A stretch of 64,000 bases of DNA, taken from Eledone cirrhosa. Its lineage: Eukaryota. The notes below the pieces were generated by a model. It was given only the letters and a program-made list of their open reading frames with translations, was not told the origin of the DNA and ran no database searches. Location: the NCBI GenBank assembly GCA_964016885.1, contig OZ024740.1:116250001-116314000 (forward strand), given 5' to 3'. Of the stretch, positions 26,461 to 40,760 are shown piece by piece; within the stretch, counting starts at the first letter, position 1, and every line of letters begins with the position of its first letter. The translations under genes were made by a program, and so were the position numbers.

Positions 26461-28345
26461 GTCAATCTTAAGAACCTACAGCACCGGCCATTGTCGAATG
26501 TCTAATTTACCGGGAGTTATTATTTTCTTCGAATCGCGCAGCAGTATCGGAAATGCTGCTGGATAAATGTTTTGATAATTGAAACAAATAATATTTTAAT
26601 ATAAAATAATTGAATTTAGTAATTAAAAAACTTTCACTACTTTTACTGTTGTTGTTATTGTTTTCGTTGCTGTTACCAACTACTACCACTATAGCTACCA
26701 GGTTCAATGTTGGCGACCAATCAAAATTGCTCAATGTAAGATTTGTTTTATCAAAAGTTCTACTGAAATTGCACATAGCTGACGATATTAGAATAGGTTT
26801 TTTTTTCCAACGTTCAACTCAGATTCCACATGGTTGACAGTGTAAGATTATTTCGGGGTTGTAGTTGTCTGGCAAGTGACTTGAGTGTGTAAGAGTTATT
26901 TTAGCTACAGTTGTACATGTCTAGCAAGTGACTTGATCTGAGACTGTGTGTTGAATTAAAGCTTTTATATCGCGGAAGAGTTATTTTAGCCATTTAAAAC
27001 TCATTAAAACACTGTTAAAATTACTTTATATTCGTTATTTATTTCTAGGTGTCAAAGTTTTCAAGGCACTCTCTGCGATCTGGTCACTGATACAGTTCGA
27101 CTGCAACAAAAAGTTTGATATCAAGAAATAAATGATAAATATGATGTGAAGATAACGACAACAATGACTCTTCTACTGAGTGAATATAGTTTTATCAAAC
27201 ATTCAACCGAGATTCTACATAGCTGACAACGTAAAAACAATTTCAACAGAGCAAAGACAACGATGAAATATCTTATGTTCATTAATGCATGGCAGCCGAT
27301 ATTGCGAGGTAGGGTGACCAACTTGTGTGTGCAATGATGTATAACAGGGGTTATTGATAGGTAGGGTGACCAACTTGTTAAAAAAAACTGGCCCAGATTC
27401 AGAGAAAATATTTATCTTGGCAAAAATAAATAAAAGAAAAAGAAAACAAACCCTAATGAGGAAATTTACTATGAATGTGTTTTAATAGGGCTGGCGCTAT
27501 CATTAAAATTATCTAGGTATCTGGCTAGAGGCAGACATAAGAGAGGGGTATTACTGAACATAAAATTATCAAAGTTTTATTCAAATTTGTAGAACTAAAT
27601 TAAATATATAATAATTTGCTAAACATTTTCGTCGCGTATCAGCGTTGTGAAAATATCGAAAGTGGTGGTGAGGATCATATATTGTCCGTAACATGATTTG
27701 GTGGGTGAATATGGAATATGTTGTAGAAAATGTAGGTTTAGTAATATTTCTTTGGGTAGTCACAGCAAGAAATGTCAAAAATTAGGTCAATCAGCCTCCT
27801 AAACTTTAAGGCGAAATTATTCTATTTGGCAGAATGGGGCGCATAATTATGAAAGCGCCACGCATTGTAGAGCCAACATAAAGCATGAAACACCTGGGTG
27901 GTGGTTCTGGTGAAGCTTGCTCGGACTGGTTGGAATCAAGCCTGCACAGCATTTGGGAGGTCAGCAGAACAATATGCCATGGCTGTACTACTCTGGTCTA
28001 TGAAGTTTTTTGTTGCTGGATGGCTGATTCATATATATATATATATATATATGTCTGGGGGGGGGGGGCTGTGTTAGTGTGTTTGTCTGTGTGTGTGTGT
28101 GCGTGTGTGTTATGTGTGTGTGCGCGCGTATGCGCGCGTGTGTGCGTGTGAGTCCCGGGTTCAATCGGGGATATCCGCAGTAAGTAAGGTACTCAATACA
28201 TTAGTAGAGTATAAACATCATGTTTAATATAGAAATGGCTTCTACAAGACTAGAACTGTTTCATTCAAAAGAGAGAAAGAGAAAATAAGTGAGAGAGAGA
28301 GAGAAAGAGAGAGATAGAGACGGAGAGAGTGAGAGAGATAGAGAC

Positions 28346-28397
<52 letters not shown>

Positions 28398-28398
<1 letters not shown>

Positions 28399-29885
28399 TG
28401 GTTCTTTATTAGCCACAGGGACACAAAAGAAGGGGACAAATACAAAGGGGGGAGTTTACATACAATAAAAACGTGCAAAATACTATCACAAATGCAATTT
28501 AAAAATTAATCGATTTTCCCCAATAGGGGGAGACATTACATATGGGTAACACATACCCCCGAAAACATGTGCAACCCTCATCTCTAGGAGTACGAAGAGT
28601 GAGTACGCCTTTCCTATCTTCCTCTTTTCCCTCAAACTACAGGCTGAACTACATTCACTCGGGCCATTCTCGCCACTTTTACCCACCTTTTATAAAACTT
28701 GCTGGGGTACAGCACCTCTCTCTCCATCCTGATTCTTCTTCCAAAGTCAACCATACAACCTCTTTCGCCATAACTATCACACAAAGGAAAACCGCCTCTC
28801 CTTCATTTTTGAAGGAGGGTGGCGGTTTGATCATGATAATGGACTCGGTGATCAGCCGGATTGGTCCCACCCGCGACAATAGTCGTTCTATATAGCCCCA
28901 CAGGTCGGTAACGCCCGGGCAGTGTGCAAATGCGTGCGCGACGGTTTCTTCGTCTCTCACGCATCTCGGCGAGATCTTTTTCGAAGGGTTCCTGCCCGGG
29001 TGCCCGTGTCTGTAGAGCTTGTCTCGAACTGGTAGAGGTCCTCGATAGCACTGCCAGGCCAGGGATTTTGGAAGTTGTCCTTCGGTCCTGGGCAGAAGGT
29101 CCTACCGAACAGACTGGCCAGTTCGTCTTCCTCTACGACTAGAGTTTCTCCGAGCGCGTCGTCGCACATGCTGCGGACCAACCCGCTATAGAATAACGAA
29201 GTGCAGTCTCCACTGATCGCCGGGTCCGCCTGCCAGAGGGCTGTGAGCGCCTGAGCGCATTCGATGTGCCAGTCGCCCATTTTCCTCGGTCTTTGCTTGA
29301 CCCAGGACTGCAGCTCGGTCAGCGAGACGAGTCGTGGGAAGGTTCGCCTCACGAACGGAGCCCACACCGGTTGCCCCGTGAGGAATACGTGGAGATGCCG
29401 CAGCCCGAGCGCGTGTTTGCGCATCGTTAGCCACAGCATCTCCAGCCCTCCGTTGGAAGAGTGTGGCAGCAGATGGATCTTCTCACCAAAGGAGCCCGCT
29501 TCTTCCAAAGGAATTGGAAGAGCGCGCGCTCCTTTTTGGTGAGCGTTTTGGCTGGACAAGGCACGACGGTCAAGCGGTAGTAGATGATGGACGCTATAAA
29601 AGTGTTCGCCACCTCCGCTAGACCTTTCAAGGATAGTTTGCACTCGGCCCACTTCTGGGTGGGTGCAAACACTTTGGCCGTCACTTCGTTCCAGTTCTTC
29701 TCCACCTGGAGGTTCAGACCAAACCAGACCCCGAGCAGCTTCACCGTTCCTTCCATCCAGCGTCCGACGATGCCATCGGAAGGCATCGGTTTGCCTCTCC
29801 ACGATCCGAGTTGAAAACCGATGGACTTGTTCCGGTTCAGCTTCGTTCCTGTGAACCTTTCGTATTCCTTCAGTAAGGTGCCGAA
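28398..29885 (-). mobile_element. 5'-truncated Tx1-clade LINE ending in (TATC)n
   Basis: VKLLGVWFG..LSLKGLAEVANTFIASIIYYRL, ETVAHAFAHC, paralogous to the ORF2 C-terminus at 11150-12300; AATAAA then GATA repeat. Confidence 0.9.
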
Positions 29886-30051
29886 GTTCTTTGCTTAAAC
29901 TTTAATCTGTTCTTATAATAAATATTTTCTCTACGGGATTATATATATATACGTGTGTGTAATAGTAGCTATGGTGCTTCCATAAGCGATATGCCAAAAT
30001 TAGCACTCAATATTCATACAGAGCAGAGTGTGAATAATATAAAAAAACGAA

Positions 30052-30253
30052 AAATCAGTGATGCATCTGGACTCAGTTTATTGCGTGTTACAATTGTTTC
30101 GCCGGCAAGTAGCTCGAGACATGATCACTGTATGGATCTGGCTGATTCTACGGCTGCATGTTCCTTCGGACACATGCAATTCGTTCGGAGCAAATTTTCA
30201 GTGAGAAACAATTGCAACACGCAATAAACTGAGTCCAGATGCATCACTGATTA
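30052..30253. repeat. Inverted repeat (family H) with HHR 3' halves
   Basis: Arms 30052-30100 and 30205-30253; GAAA-caattg-TA/CA-acacgc. Confidence 0.8.
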
Positions 30254-30265
30254 TTCTTTTTATTA

Positions 30266-30323
<58 letters not shown>

Positions 30324-30444
30324 CAAGGAAACGATAAAACAAAGGTACAAAAAGTCCTATTAGTTTAGTTCATATATATATATACATATATTTATTGAAC
30401 AAGCCGGACTGAAAACATTTGATTTAAGATTTTAATTCCGTAAA

Positions 30445-30519
30445 ATCACTATATATATTTCGATGGCCCAGCTCCATCATCCAAATATGATGGATGACAG
30501 GACGATCTCATCAGGCAAC
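30445..30519 (-). ncRNA. Type I hammerhead ribozyme motif
   Basis: Reverse complement: gttgc-CTGATGA-gatcgtcc..tccatcat/atgatgga..gggccatc-GAAA-tatata-TA-gtgat. Confidence 0.8.
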
Positions 30520-30857
30520 TTCCACGGAATTACATAACAGGGTTATGTTATATATGTTTTATATATACATATATACATATATATATATATACATATACAG
30601 AGAAGATCCCGTTAAGGGTGAAAGCAGCGATTTTTGCTTAAACTTTAATCTGTTATTTTAATGAATGTTTGCTCTATGGTTCTTATATTTTTGTCATATA
30701 TTTATCCTTATCGAGCCCTCTTTGGATTTTAGTCTTCACATTTATTATTATTACAGTACATACATATATATATATATATGCGAAAAGTAAACAATACAGG
30801 GCAACGAAAATATATATTAGTTTGACGCTTGATATAGTAGGAAAAGTAGGAAAATAT

Positions 30858-30893
30858 TCTTAACGTTTCGGATGCTAGTCCTTCATCAGAAGA
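30858..30893 (-). ncRNA. Minimal type I hammerhead motif (PLE type)
   Basis: Reverse complement: tctt-CTGATGA-a-gga-ctagca-tcc-GAAA-cg-TT-aaga. Confidence 0.75.
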
Positions 30894-30984
30894 TAAATTT
30901 ATGTGAGTGTACGTACGTCTGTATGTATGTATGTATGTATGTATGTATGTATGTATGTATGTATGTATGTATGTATGTATGTAT

Positions 30985-31415
30985 GGCGGAGGAACTCATA
31001 AGAGTCAATGGCCATCCAAAAGTGTGTAAATATGTATATACACATGTACATATGTATGTATATGCGCGGGGACATAGAAATAGTCGGGCTGGACACCCGA
31101 TCGCGTGGTTAAACCACTGGGAGTGAAGGAATTCTAGCCTTTGTCCGGGCATTCTTCTAGGAGAAGGCAACTCAAGAAACTGGGATAACTTCGATATAAA
31201 ACCTGCGGCCCAGTAGTTACCGATGATGTTGATCTTTTCTTCTTTTCGGGTTATAGCTACTGTCGCTCAGAGAGTGGGATTGGCTCAGTGCACAGTCTTT
31301 CCTCACTTTAAATAATATCTTCACGCACAGGCATTGCACGATAGAATTAATTAATAATTATTAATATTGGTATATCGTGCAATGGCCATACTCGATAACG
31401 AGGGGGCAGCCATCA
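30985..31415 (+). mobile_element. Non-autonomous RTE-derived element flanked by (TATG)n
   Basis: TCTAGGAGAAGGCAACTC RTE 5'-UTR-like motif; homologous to 54675-55280. Confidence 0.6.
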
Positions 31416-31852
31416 TGTATGTGTTTATGTATGTATGTATGTGTGACAAGTTATTCTTGAGTGTTTCTGGCAAAATGTAATGCATTTTTTGAAATTATCA
31501 CCAGTGGAGGGTGAATAGGTCTCTAGTCCAGAAAGAAGGAGGTTTTTTCCTGAGCTCGGTAACTACGTTTATCTGTCCGCATGTGTGGTGGTGTGATGGT
31601 ATGGAGGTCACATGGATCTGTATGTGTTGAATATATATGTTCACATATACATATGTATGTATGTATAGCTCACACTTATGCATGGCCACCTAGATGGTTG
31701 CTTCTCAGAGGAGCTTTCTAACCTTTGATGAAAAGTAACGTAAAATAAAGTGCCATGCTTAACAAAACAATGTGCCGCGCGGTGCAGGTATCGAGCCCCT
31801 GCTCTTATAATCGAGAACCCAACGCTCTAACCACTAGACAACGAGCATTCAT

Positions 31853-31936
<84 letters not shown>

Positions 31937-31952
31937 TATGTATGTATGTATG

Positions 31953-32055
<103 letters not shown>

Positions 32056-33021
32056 GCATATGTATATGTACGTACAAACACACATATACACGCAGATACA
32101 CACATGAATACATAAATACACACATGTATGCACGCATGTACGTATATGTACGTGTATGTTATGTTTGTATGTGTACATATATATATATATGTATGTATGC
32201 ATATGTATATGTAGCATACATGTGCGTATTTATGTATGCATGTGTGTATGTGCGTGTTATTAAACCTTGTTATCTTTCATTTGTGGCCCCTAAAAGCCCC
32301 TATACCCTGTTGCACCTCAGCTTTCCCTAATTTCACCTGTTTTCGTCATTTGTTACTTGTCACACACCACACACACCACTAAACACATCTACTACACACA
32401 CACACACTATATCATACACATATAGTTACATAAATGCATACATATACACTATATACATACATACGTGCTTGCAAACATACATACATAAATGTATATATAC
32501 ACACATACACACACTTACATTTACACACATTTACATACGTACACTTACATTTACACACATATACACACGCACACACACGCGCATCATAGACACAAGGGCC
32601 TACGGCAGTTTAGCTCGGTTGTGCCAGCTATGTAAGGTATTTCAATCGTCCCAGCTATGTACTATATCACTTCTGGCGATATATTAAAGTCACTACTGCT
32701 GCTTTCCTGTCGCTAGACCTTTGTTGCTACTCTTTTTACTTACTGCCACTGCAACTAGTGCTGCTGCTGCTGCTGCTGTTGTTGTTGTTGTTACTCTCTC
32801 TGTGAAAGGCCTTTGGACACATACACACACACATATATATATATGTGTGTGTGTATACACATACGTATACTTATCTATCTATCTATCTATGTATATATAT
32901 ATATGTAAGTATGTATGTATGTATACGTACATACATATACGTATACATACATACATACTTACATTTAAGTAAGTGCCGTACTAAGAGTGAGAAATGAAAT
33001 TTCGTTTCATTCTATTCCATC

Positions 33022-33101
<80 letters not shown>

Positions 33102-33226
33102 GGAGATGAGTTTTATTGTAGTACAATAAAGCAATGCAGATATCGCATAAGAAGCACTCTACAGTTTGTAGGACTGGAGTATACATAATATATAAGAACA
33201 AAAGATGGTTAAAAGAGTTCCATGTA

Positions 33227-33293
33227 TTTTATTATGCGCATTTCAAAAACAAATATCATCATGCAATAATATTTGTGTTTTCATCAGATAAAA
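33227..33293 (-). ncRNA. Type I hammerhead ribozyme (family K)
   Basis: Reverse complement: ttttat-CTGATGA-long stem II-GAAA-tgcgca-TA-ataaaa. Confidence 0.88.
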
Positions 33294-33418
33294 CAGGAAA
33301 ACATGATATGAAGGTTAAAAAACACTTGTGGATAGTGCAGTTTTAATATATGTTGATATGTTGATTTAAAACTGCACTATCCACAAGTGTTTTTTAACCT
33401 TCATATCATGTCTTCCTG

Positions 33419-33485
33419 TTTTATCTGATGAAAACACAAATATTATTGCATGATGATATTTGTTTTTGAAATGCGCATAATAAAA
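33419..33485 (+). ncRNA. Type I hammerhead ribozyme (family K)
   Basis: ttttat-CTGATGA-aaacacaaatattat..atgatatttgttttt-GAAA-tgcgca-TA-ataaaa. Confidence 0.88.
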
Positions 33486-33544
33486 TACATGGAACTCTTT
33501 TAACCATCTTTTGTTCTTATATATTATATATATATATATATATA

Positions 33545-33685
33545 TCGAAGGAAGTGTGGTAAGGAACCAGATGGACCATAACGCACCAGAGTACTCGATA
33601 CTTATGGTAGTAGAGTGGGTAATAGGAAAAGAGTCAGGACCCCTACGGCTGAGCTCCGGCCGTAGGGGTCCTGACTCTTTTCCTC
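33545..33685 (-). mobile_element. Family B copy with fold-back palindrome
   Basis: Reverse complement of 13155-13268; palindrome aggaaaagagtcaggacccctacggc..gccgtaggggtcctgactcttttcct. Confidence 0.75.
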
Positions 33686-33870
33686 TCTCCATATATATAT
33701 ATAATATATATAGAAATGCGCAACCGGTAAAAACTTAAAACAAAAACTGAATACTAACCAATACTTATTACTAATTTATACTTATTCCTAATTAAACTAT
33801 TTTTCACTGGGAAAAATTTGTCAGCATTTTCTTTTCCTTTTACTAATATATCACAACTCGTGTGTTACAC

Positions 33871-33983
<113 letters not shown>

Positions 33984-33987
33984 ATAT

Positions 33988-34243
33988 AGAATAAGGAAAA
34001 GCGAAGTAGTTTCAGATGTTCAAGCCCTAATAATGCTGTGATATATATTTCAATGGCGAAAGTGGCCACACTGTTCTGGGCGCCAGTCTCGCGATATCGT
34101 CAGACAGCTTGTTACATAAAAGGTTATGTTTCCGAGGCAATCCAAATTGAATCGACATGGTGGCCACTTTCACCATTGAAATATATCACAGCATTATTAA
34201 TAAAGGACTTGAACATCTGAAACTACTTCGCTTTTCCTTATTC
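33988..34243. repeat. Inverted repeat (family L)
   Basis: Arms 33988-34069 and 34160-34243. Confidence 0.85.
34035..34108 (-). ncRNA. Type I hammerhead ribozyme (family L)
   Basis: Reverse complement: gctgt-CTGACGA-..gcgagactggc..gccactttcgc..-GAAA-tatata-TC-acagc. Confidence 0.82.
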
Positions 34244-34319
34244 GATATTTACTCCGTCACTCCTATGTGGAATGAGTACATTGAGTGCTTGATTTGAATT
34301 GCATCAATATTTACCCTAA

Positions 34320-34391
<72 letters not shown>

Positions 34392-34439
34392 CTATCTTAA
34401 TCTCTGCAGCTCTCTATCTATCTATCTATCTATCTATCT

Positions 34440-34540
34440 ATTGCATTTGTAATAACATTTTACACGTTTTTATTGTATGTAAACTTCCCCCTTTGTATTT
34501 GTCCCCTTCTTTTGTGCCCCTGTGGCTAATAAAGAAACAT
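34440..34540 (+). mobile_element. Tx1 3'-UTR fragment inside (TATC)n
   Basis: Matches the reverse complement of 28400-28497; TATC repeats on both sides. Confidence 0.8.
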
Positions 34541-34559
34541 ATTTATCTATCTATCTCTA

Positions 34560-34604
<45 letters not shown>

Positions 34605-35019
34605 CCCTCTGTCTCTCTTCCTCTCTCTTTCACTATATATATATATATGTGTATGTGTGTGTGTGTGTGTGTGTATTTATACATATATGTTTATACATAC
34701 ACAGCGACTAACCTGACACTTTGAAGTCACTAACACTTTTCTATGCAGAAGATAAAAATTTACACTCTAGATACACGTATTGAGTGTTCATTCCGTTAAG
34801 ATTTGAATGTTTTAAGTACTTTAAGTATTTCATACACACATTGTATTCTTTTATATATATACGTATACACACACAAAAGTATGTGTGTGTGTTAGTAATC
34901 AAAAACAAAGAAGACTAGATATAATTCAATACTTAATTTATATCAATAATTAATCTGTATATATAGAGAGAGAGATTCTTTACTTGTCAGGCCTTGGCTA
35001 TTGGGAGTCGACTAGAAAA

Positions 35020-35390
35020 ACTCGAATTCTATCCTCTCCAACGCCGCTGAGAGCGCTACATTATCTGCATGATGTGGAAATTATTCCATTAGGATTGCCC
35101 AAATGATGTTGGTATCACCTTTAAAGTACACCCAAGGCTTGGGCCCCATGCTATCCGCCCACACCAAAAATCAAACTCGCATCTCATAACAACAATACGG
35201 CACAATTATTTCACCTCAATTGGCCCCGCTCTCTTTAACATTACACCAAGACACATTAAAACAGAAACAGACTCCAAATCCCGGAGAAACCTCCTACATC
35301 CGGATATGTCTCCGTAAACAATAACTCCCTACTTGAGTGAGCCATGGTGTCCAAATCCTGATTTGAAAGACTTCGCCAGGTGTTGCTATT
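35020..35390 (+). mobile_element. CR1/L2-like LINE 3' fragment
   Basis: RRERY-like motif and HNYFTSIGPALFNITPRHIK peptide. Confidence 0.5.
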
Positions 35391-35499
35391 AAGTTAGAGA
35401 TGGCCTGGGCCAATACTTGCCGAAACCCATCAAAGTTATATATGTGTGTGTGTGTGTGTGTGCGTGTGCGTGTGCGTGTGAGTGTGTATGTGTGTGTAA

Positions 35500-35548
<49 letters not shown>

Positions 35549-35941
35549 TGTGTATAGATATAAATATATATGTACATATATAATTAAGATTGCTTTTCAG
35601 AAGAGACATGGATCAGAACCACACTCAACTAAGGTATTCAATACATTAGCAGTAAAGGTACATTTTTTTTAAAATATAGAAATGACTTGTACAGGATTAG
35701 AACTGTTTCATTCGATCAGAAATTCAAAAGAATGAAACAGTTCTAATTCTGTAGAAGTAATTTCTATATGAAATGAATATATACATACGGGTAGTGGCAG
35801 TGTCCCAGTATGGGCTCAGCTAGCCAGCTGGAACAGGTAAAAATGTAAAAGAGTCTGCCTCTCTATGTGAGAGTGTGTATATTATATGTAGTTATAACGT
35901 CATTAATTTTGAATTGTTGTTATTATCAATAAATATATTTC

Positions 35942-36090
35942 ATTATTTCTGAAGACGGCATATATGTGTGTTTGGTATGTATATTTAATCTTGATAGTTT
36001 GTATAATTTTGTATAATCTTGTACATAGATCTGTTGAATATGCATGCCAATTCTAACACATATATATCCTAGAAACGATCGTTAAATAAT
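35942..36090 (+). ncRNA. Type I hammerhead ribozyme with ~115-nt stem II
   Basis: attattt-CTGAAGA-(atatatgtgtgtt..tggtatgtatatt / aatatgcatgcca..aacacatatatat)-GAAA-cgatcg-TT-aaataat. Confidence 0.8.
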
Positions 36091-36287
36091 GAACTTTTTT
36101 TGTTTAATATAAGGAACTGTTTCATTGTTTTATTCATTATTTTTTTAATATTTTATCTTGACTCTGTATTCCGTTTATCTTTCTCCGAAAGTGATTTTTC
36201 ATTGCATCTCTTCTTTCCATGATATCCGGACTACATTGAGTTCTCCATACGGATTGGACACTACCGTAAACTCTTGGTAGATTTATC

Positions 36288-36347
<60 letters not shown>

Positions 36348-36374
36348 GAAAGTGAACAACACACAATATAACTA

Positions 36375-36442
36375 CTCCATTACCAAAGGTTTCTGGATCC
36401 CAGACAATAATAATATACGTCTGGATCGGTCGCCAGACAGAG
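36375..36442 (-). ncRNA. Type I hammerhead motif (CTGGCGA core variant)
   Basis: Reverse complement: ctctgt-CTGGCGA-ccgatccagac..gtctgggatcca-GAAA-cctttgg-TA-atggag. Confidence 0.7.
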
Positions 36443-36513
36443 ATGTTATGGAAAAAAGATATGATATGAGATTTTAAATCTTTTTGTTTTTCCTTCGGAA
36501 TTACCTAACACAA

Positions 36514-36745
<232 letters not shown>

Positions 36746-36870
36746 TGAATGCATACATACATACATTTCAGAAATTCTGCCTGTAATAACTGCATATCAC
36801 ATGTATAGACACAGAAACATATGCACGTGTACACATATGACTCAAAACAAGAAGATCCACACATATAATA

Positions 36871-36902
<32 letters not shown>

Positions 36903-36904
36903 GC

Positions 36905-36944
<40 letters not shown>

Positions 36945-37369
36945 TCTCTCTATCTCTCACGCACATACACACAAATAGAGACATGCATACGTACTTAGCT
37001 AGTTGGTGGTGTCTAAAATTCCAATGAAAAGTGCGCGTTTTAGAAACCGACTTTCTATTGGTGAACTGTATACACTAATAAAAGCAGAACATATATACAT
37101 ACAAACATACATGTATACACGCTTATGTCTACATCTATTTGTGTATATACAATATGTGAGTGACAGCAATGTAATACAATAGGTCTTCACAATGCATGGA
37201 TTCAAAACCTTGGGTACATCATCAGTGTTGGAGTCACTGGGTGTACATACACCCTCATCTATGTGACCCAAGCAAAGTTGTTCAAGTCTCAGTATGTGTC
37301 CAAGTGTCATACATACTTCTGGCTACAATACAATACATAATAAAATGATATAAAACAATGTAATATTAC

Positions 37370-38437
37370 TTCTAATGTAATGATTTCATAGGCTGAAGGC
37401 CAGCAATTTTAAGGGGAGTGAAAAGTTAATTACATCGAACCAGTACTTGACTGGTACTTTTATTTTATCGATGCTGGAAGAATCAAAGACAAAATCGATC
37501 TCAACAGGATTCGGAACGAGAATATAGAGGGCCCTAATGAAATACAGCATGCCTTTAATCAGGTACATTAACGGTTCTGCCAATACACTACCCATATAGT
37601 ATAATATAATAAAATTGTTTCTACTTTTAGCACAAGGCTAGCAAATTACCCAGTGTATTACTGGTACTTTATTTTATCGACCCCGTAAGGATGAATGGCA
37701 AAGTTAACCTCAGCGGGATTTGAACTCAGACCGTAAAGAATATAATATAATATAATATAATATAATATAATATAATTGTTTCTACTTTTTGGCACAAGGC
37801 CAGCAATTACCCAGTGCATTACTGGTACTTTATTTTATCGACCCCGTAAGGATGAAAGGCAAAGTCAACCTCGGCGGGATTTGAACTCAGATCGTAAAGG
37901 GACGTAACTATGCTGCAAAGCATGGCATCCGACCCTCTACCGATACTGCCAATCCACCGAATATAATATAATATAATATAATATAATATAATATAATATA
38001 ATATAATATAATATAATATAATATAATATAATATAATATAATATAATATAATATAATATAATATAATATGATACAATATAATATAATATAATATAATATG
38101 ATACAATATAATATAATATAATATAATATAATATAATATAATATAATATAATATAATATAATATAATATAATATAATATAATATAATATAGTATAATATA
38201 ATATGATACAATATAATATAATATAATATAATATGATATAATATAATATAATATAATATAATATAATATAATATAATATAATATAATATAATATAATATA
38301 ATATAATTATTTCTACTTTTGGCACAAGGCCAGCAATTATTTCAGTGTATTACTGGTACTTTATTTTATCGACCCCGTAAGGATGGAAGGCAAAGTTAAC
38401 CTCGGCGGGATTTGAACACAGATCGTAAAGGGACGTA
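37370..38437 (-). mobile_element. Four SINE copies interleaved with (TATAA)n satellite
   Basis: SINE body at ~37370, 37615, 37777 and 38308; (TATAA)n at 37740-37775 and 37960-38306. Confidence 0.85.
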
Positions 38438-38534
38438 ATGTCTTTGAGGTGTATTTGTCAAACTTTCTCGTTGAAACACCCCATACATAGATGTATTCCT
38501 TCTACCTCACCTCAAATATTGAAACATCTGAAAG

Positions 38535-39180
38535 CAGCTACTACCACGACTAACACTATCACCAACATCACTAACAGCAAAACCATCACCGCCACCATCA
38601 CTACTATCACCAACATCACTAATACTATCACTACCACCAGGAACACTGCTATCATTACCATCACCATCACTACTACCATCTCTACCACAACTCCACCACC
38701 ACTACAACAACAACTGCCACCACAGTCACCGCCATCATTACTACCAGCAGATCATTTCCACCCCCCCCCCACCATCACCCCCCCCCCCCCCACACACACA
38801 CACACCACCACCACCACCATCATCGTCACTACCCCACAACTGTCACCACATCCACCACCATCATTACTACCAGCAGATCATTTCCACCCCCCACCATCAC
38901 CCCCCCCACACACACCACCACCACCACCATCATCGTCACTACCCCACAACTGTCACCACATCCACCACCATCATTATTACCAGCAGATCACTTCCACCCC
39001 CATATCACCTGTACAACCACCCCCCATAACACGCCGCCGCCACCACCACCACCATCACCACCAGTACCACCTACTACTACTACTACTGCTGCTGCTACTG
39101 CTGCTGCTGCTGCTGCTGCTGTTACCACAACCACAACTACCACATACTAGTACAACCACCATCATCTACTACTATTACTA

Positions 39181-39225
<45 letters not shown>

Positions 39226-39234
39226 TTACTACTA

Positions 39235-39330
<96 letters not shown>

Positions 39331-39332
39331 TA
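38535..39332. repeat. ACC/ACT/GCT low-complexity region with an internally duplicated unit
   Basis: ccatcattactaccagcagatca occurs three times; (CTA)n tracts. Confidence 0.85.
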
Positions 39333-39570
39333 GTTATCATATGTGCCTTGTTTAATTTCATCATATACACACATATATACACACGTTAATTAATATCTAT
39401 ATATCGAACACCACCTTTCAAAGAGAATCATACGTAAACTTATTGGTTTTAGCTAATTTGCCTATTAATTATACTAAACGGTAGACAAACATACATATAT
39501 ACATTCATATATATATATATATACACACACACATACATACATATACGCACGAAGAGACACATATATATAT

Positions 39571-39627
<57 letters not shown>

Positions 39628-39735
39628 TAGACCATACCCCCTCCCCCCCACACACACACCTGCGCCCATGTGTGTGTACGAGTGTATATATAAATAACAT
39701 ACATGTGATCATATATATATATATATATATATGTG

Positions 39736-39766
<31 letters not shown>

Positions 39767-39773
39767 AGGTGTG

Positions 39774-39804
<31 letters not shown>

Positions 39805-40191
39805 AGGTGTGGGTGCATGCATATGTATATATTTACATATGCAAATGACTTGAAAATGTAGCCCGGATACACACACACACACTCACATATACAGGAAATT
39901 GGAGGCTTTTTGTCATTGCTTTGCATGCTGGCTAGAAGCGTACAAGTGTTGTAATGCTAGTAGCTATGCAGGTTCGTCTGGGGATTACCTACGGAGCATG
40001 GGATACAAGAAATACACCCGGAAATACTTCTCTTTTACGGAAAAGTTATACATAACAGCCGAACAATCCAAAGTGTAATATTTAGTTGAAAGTTTGCTTG
40101 AAGATCTTAGTGAACAGGTTACAAGTACAAGGTACGAGTGTCTTTGTTCTGTGACATATTGATCCAGTACACACAAACAATTAAACAATAG

Positions 40192-40257
<66 letters not shown>

Positions 40258-40275
40258 CTATATATATATATCTAT

Positions 40276-40402
<127 letters not shown>

Positions 40403-40629
40403 CACATACACGTACAAACATCCATATAAATAAATATATAACATACAGGCACATACACACAGATAGGTGTAATTTACGATACACACACACGCATACATAC
40501 ATACGCACACATACATACATACACACACATACATACACACAGACACACATACACACATACACACACATACATACACACACACATACATACATACACACAC
40601 ATTCATACATACATACATACACACACATT

Positions 40630-40666
<37 letters not shown>

Positions 40667-40760
40667 GCATCCATACATACATACATACATACATACATAC
40701 ATACATACATACATACATACATACATACATACATACTTAATAGGTGGAGGTCTAAATGAC

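Larger units (their letters stand above)
33098..33527. mobile_element. Family K ~255-bp HHR element as head-to-head inverted pair in (TA)n
   Basis: Arms 33186-33347 and 33366-33527 are near-identical; same family at 42770-42970, 47550-47750 and 49565-49990. Confidence 0.9.

Noticed and set aside
27308-27379. Duplicated AGGTAGGGTGACCAACTTGT (hAT-like terminus); similar TIR-like pieces at 24281-24350 and 25425-25470
   Set aside because: No clearly paired ends or target-site duplications could be established
33134-33692. Recurrent peptide [33 protein letters not shown] in several ORFs
   Set aside because: It is the antisense translation of the family K hammerhead repeat, not a protein family
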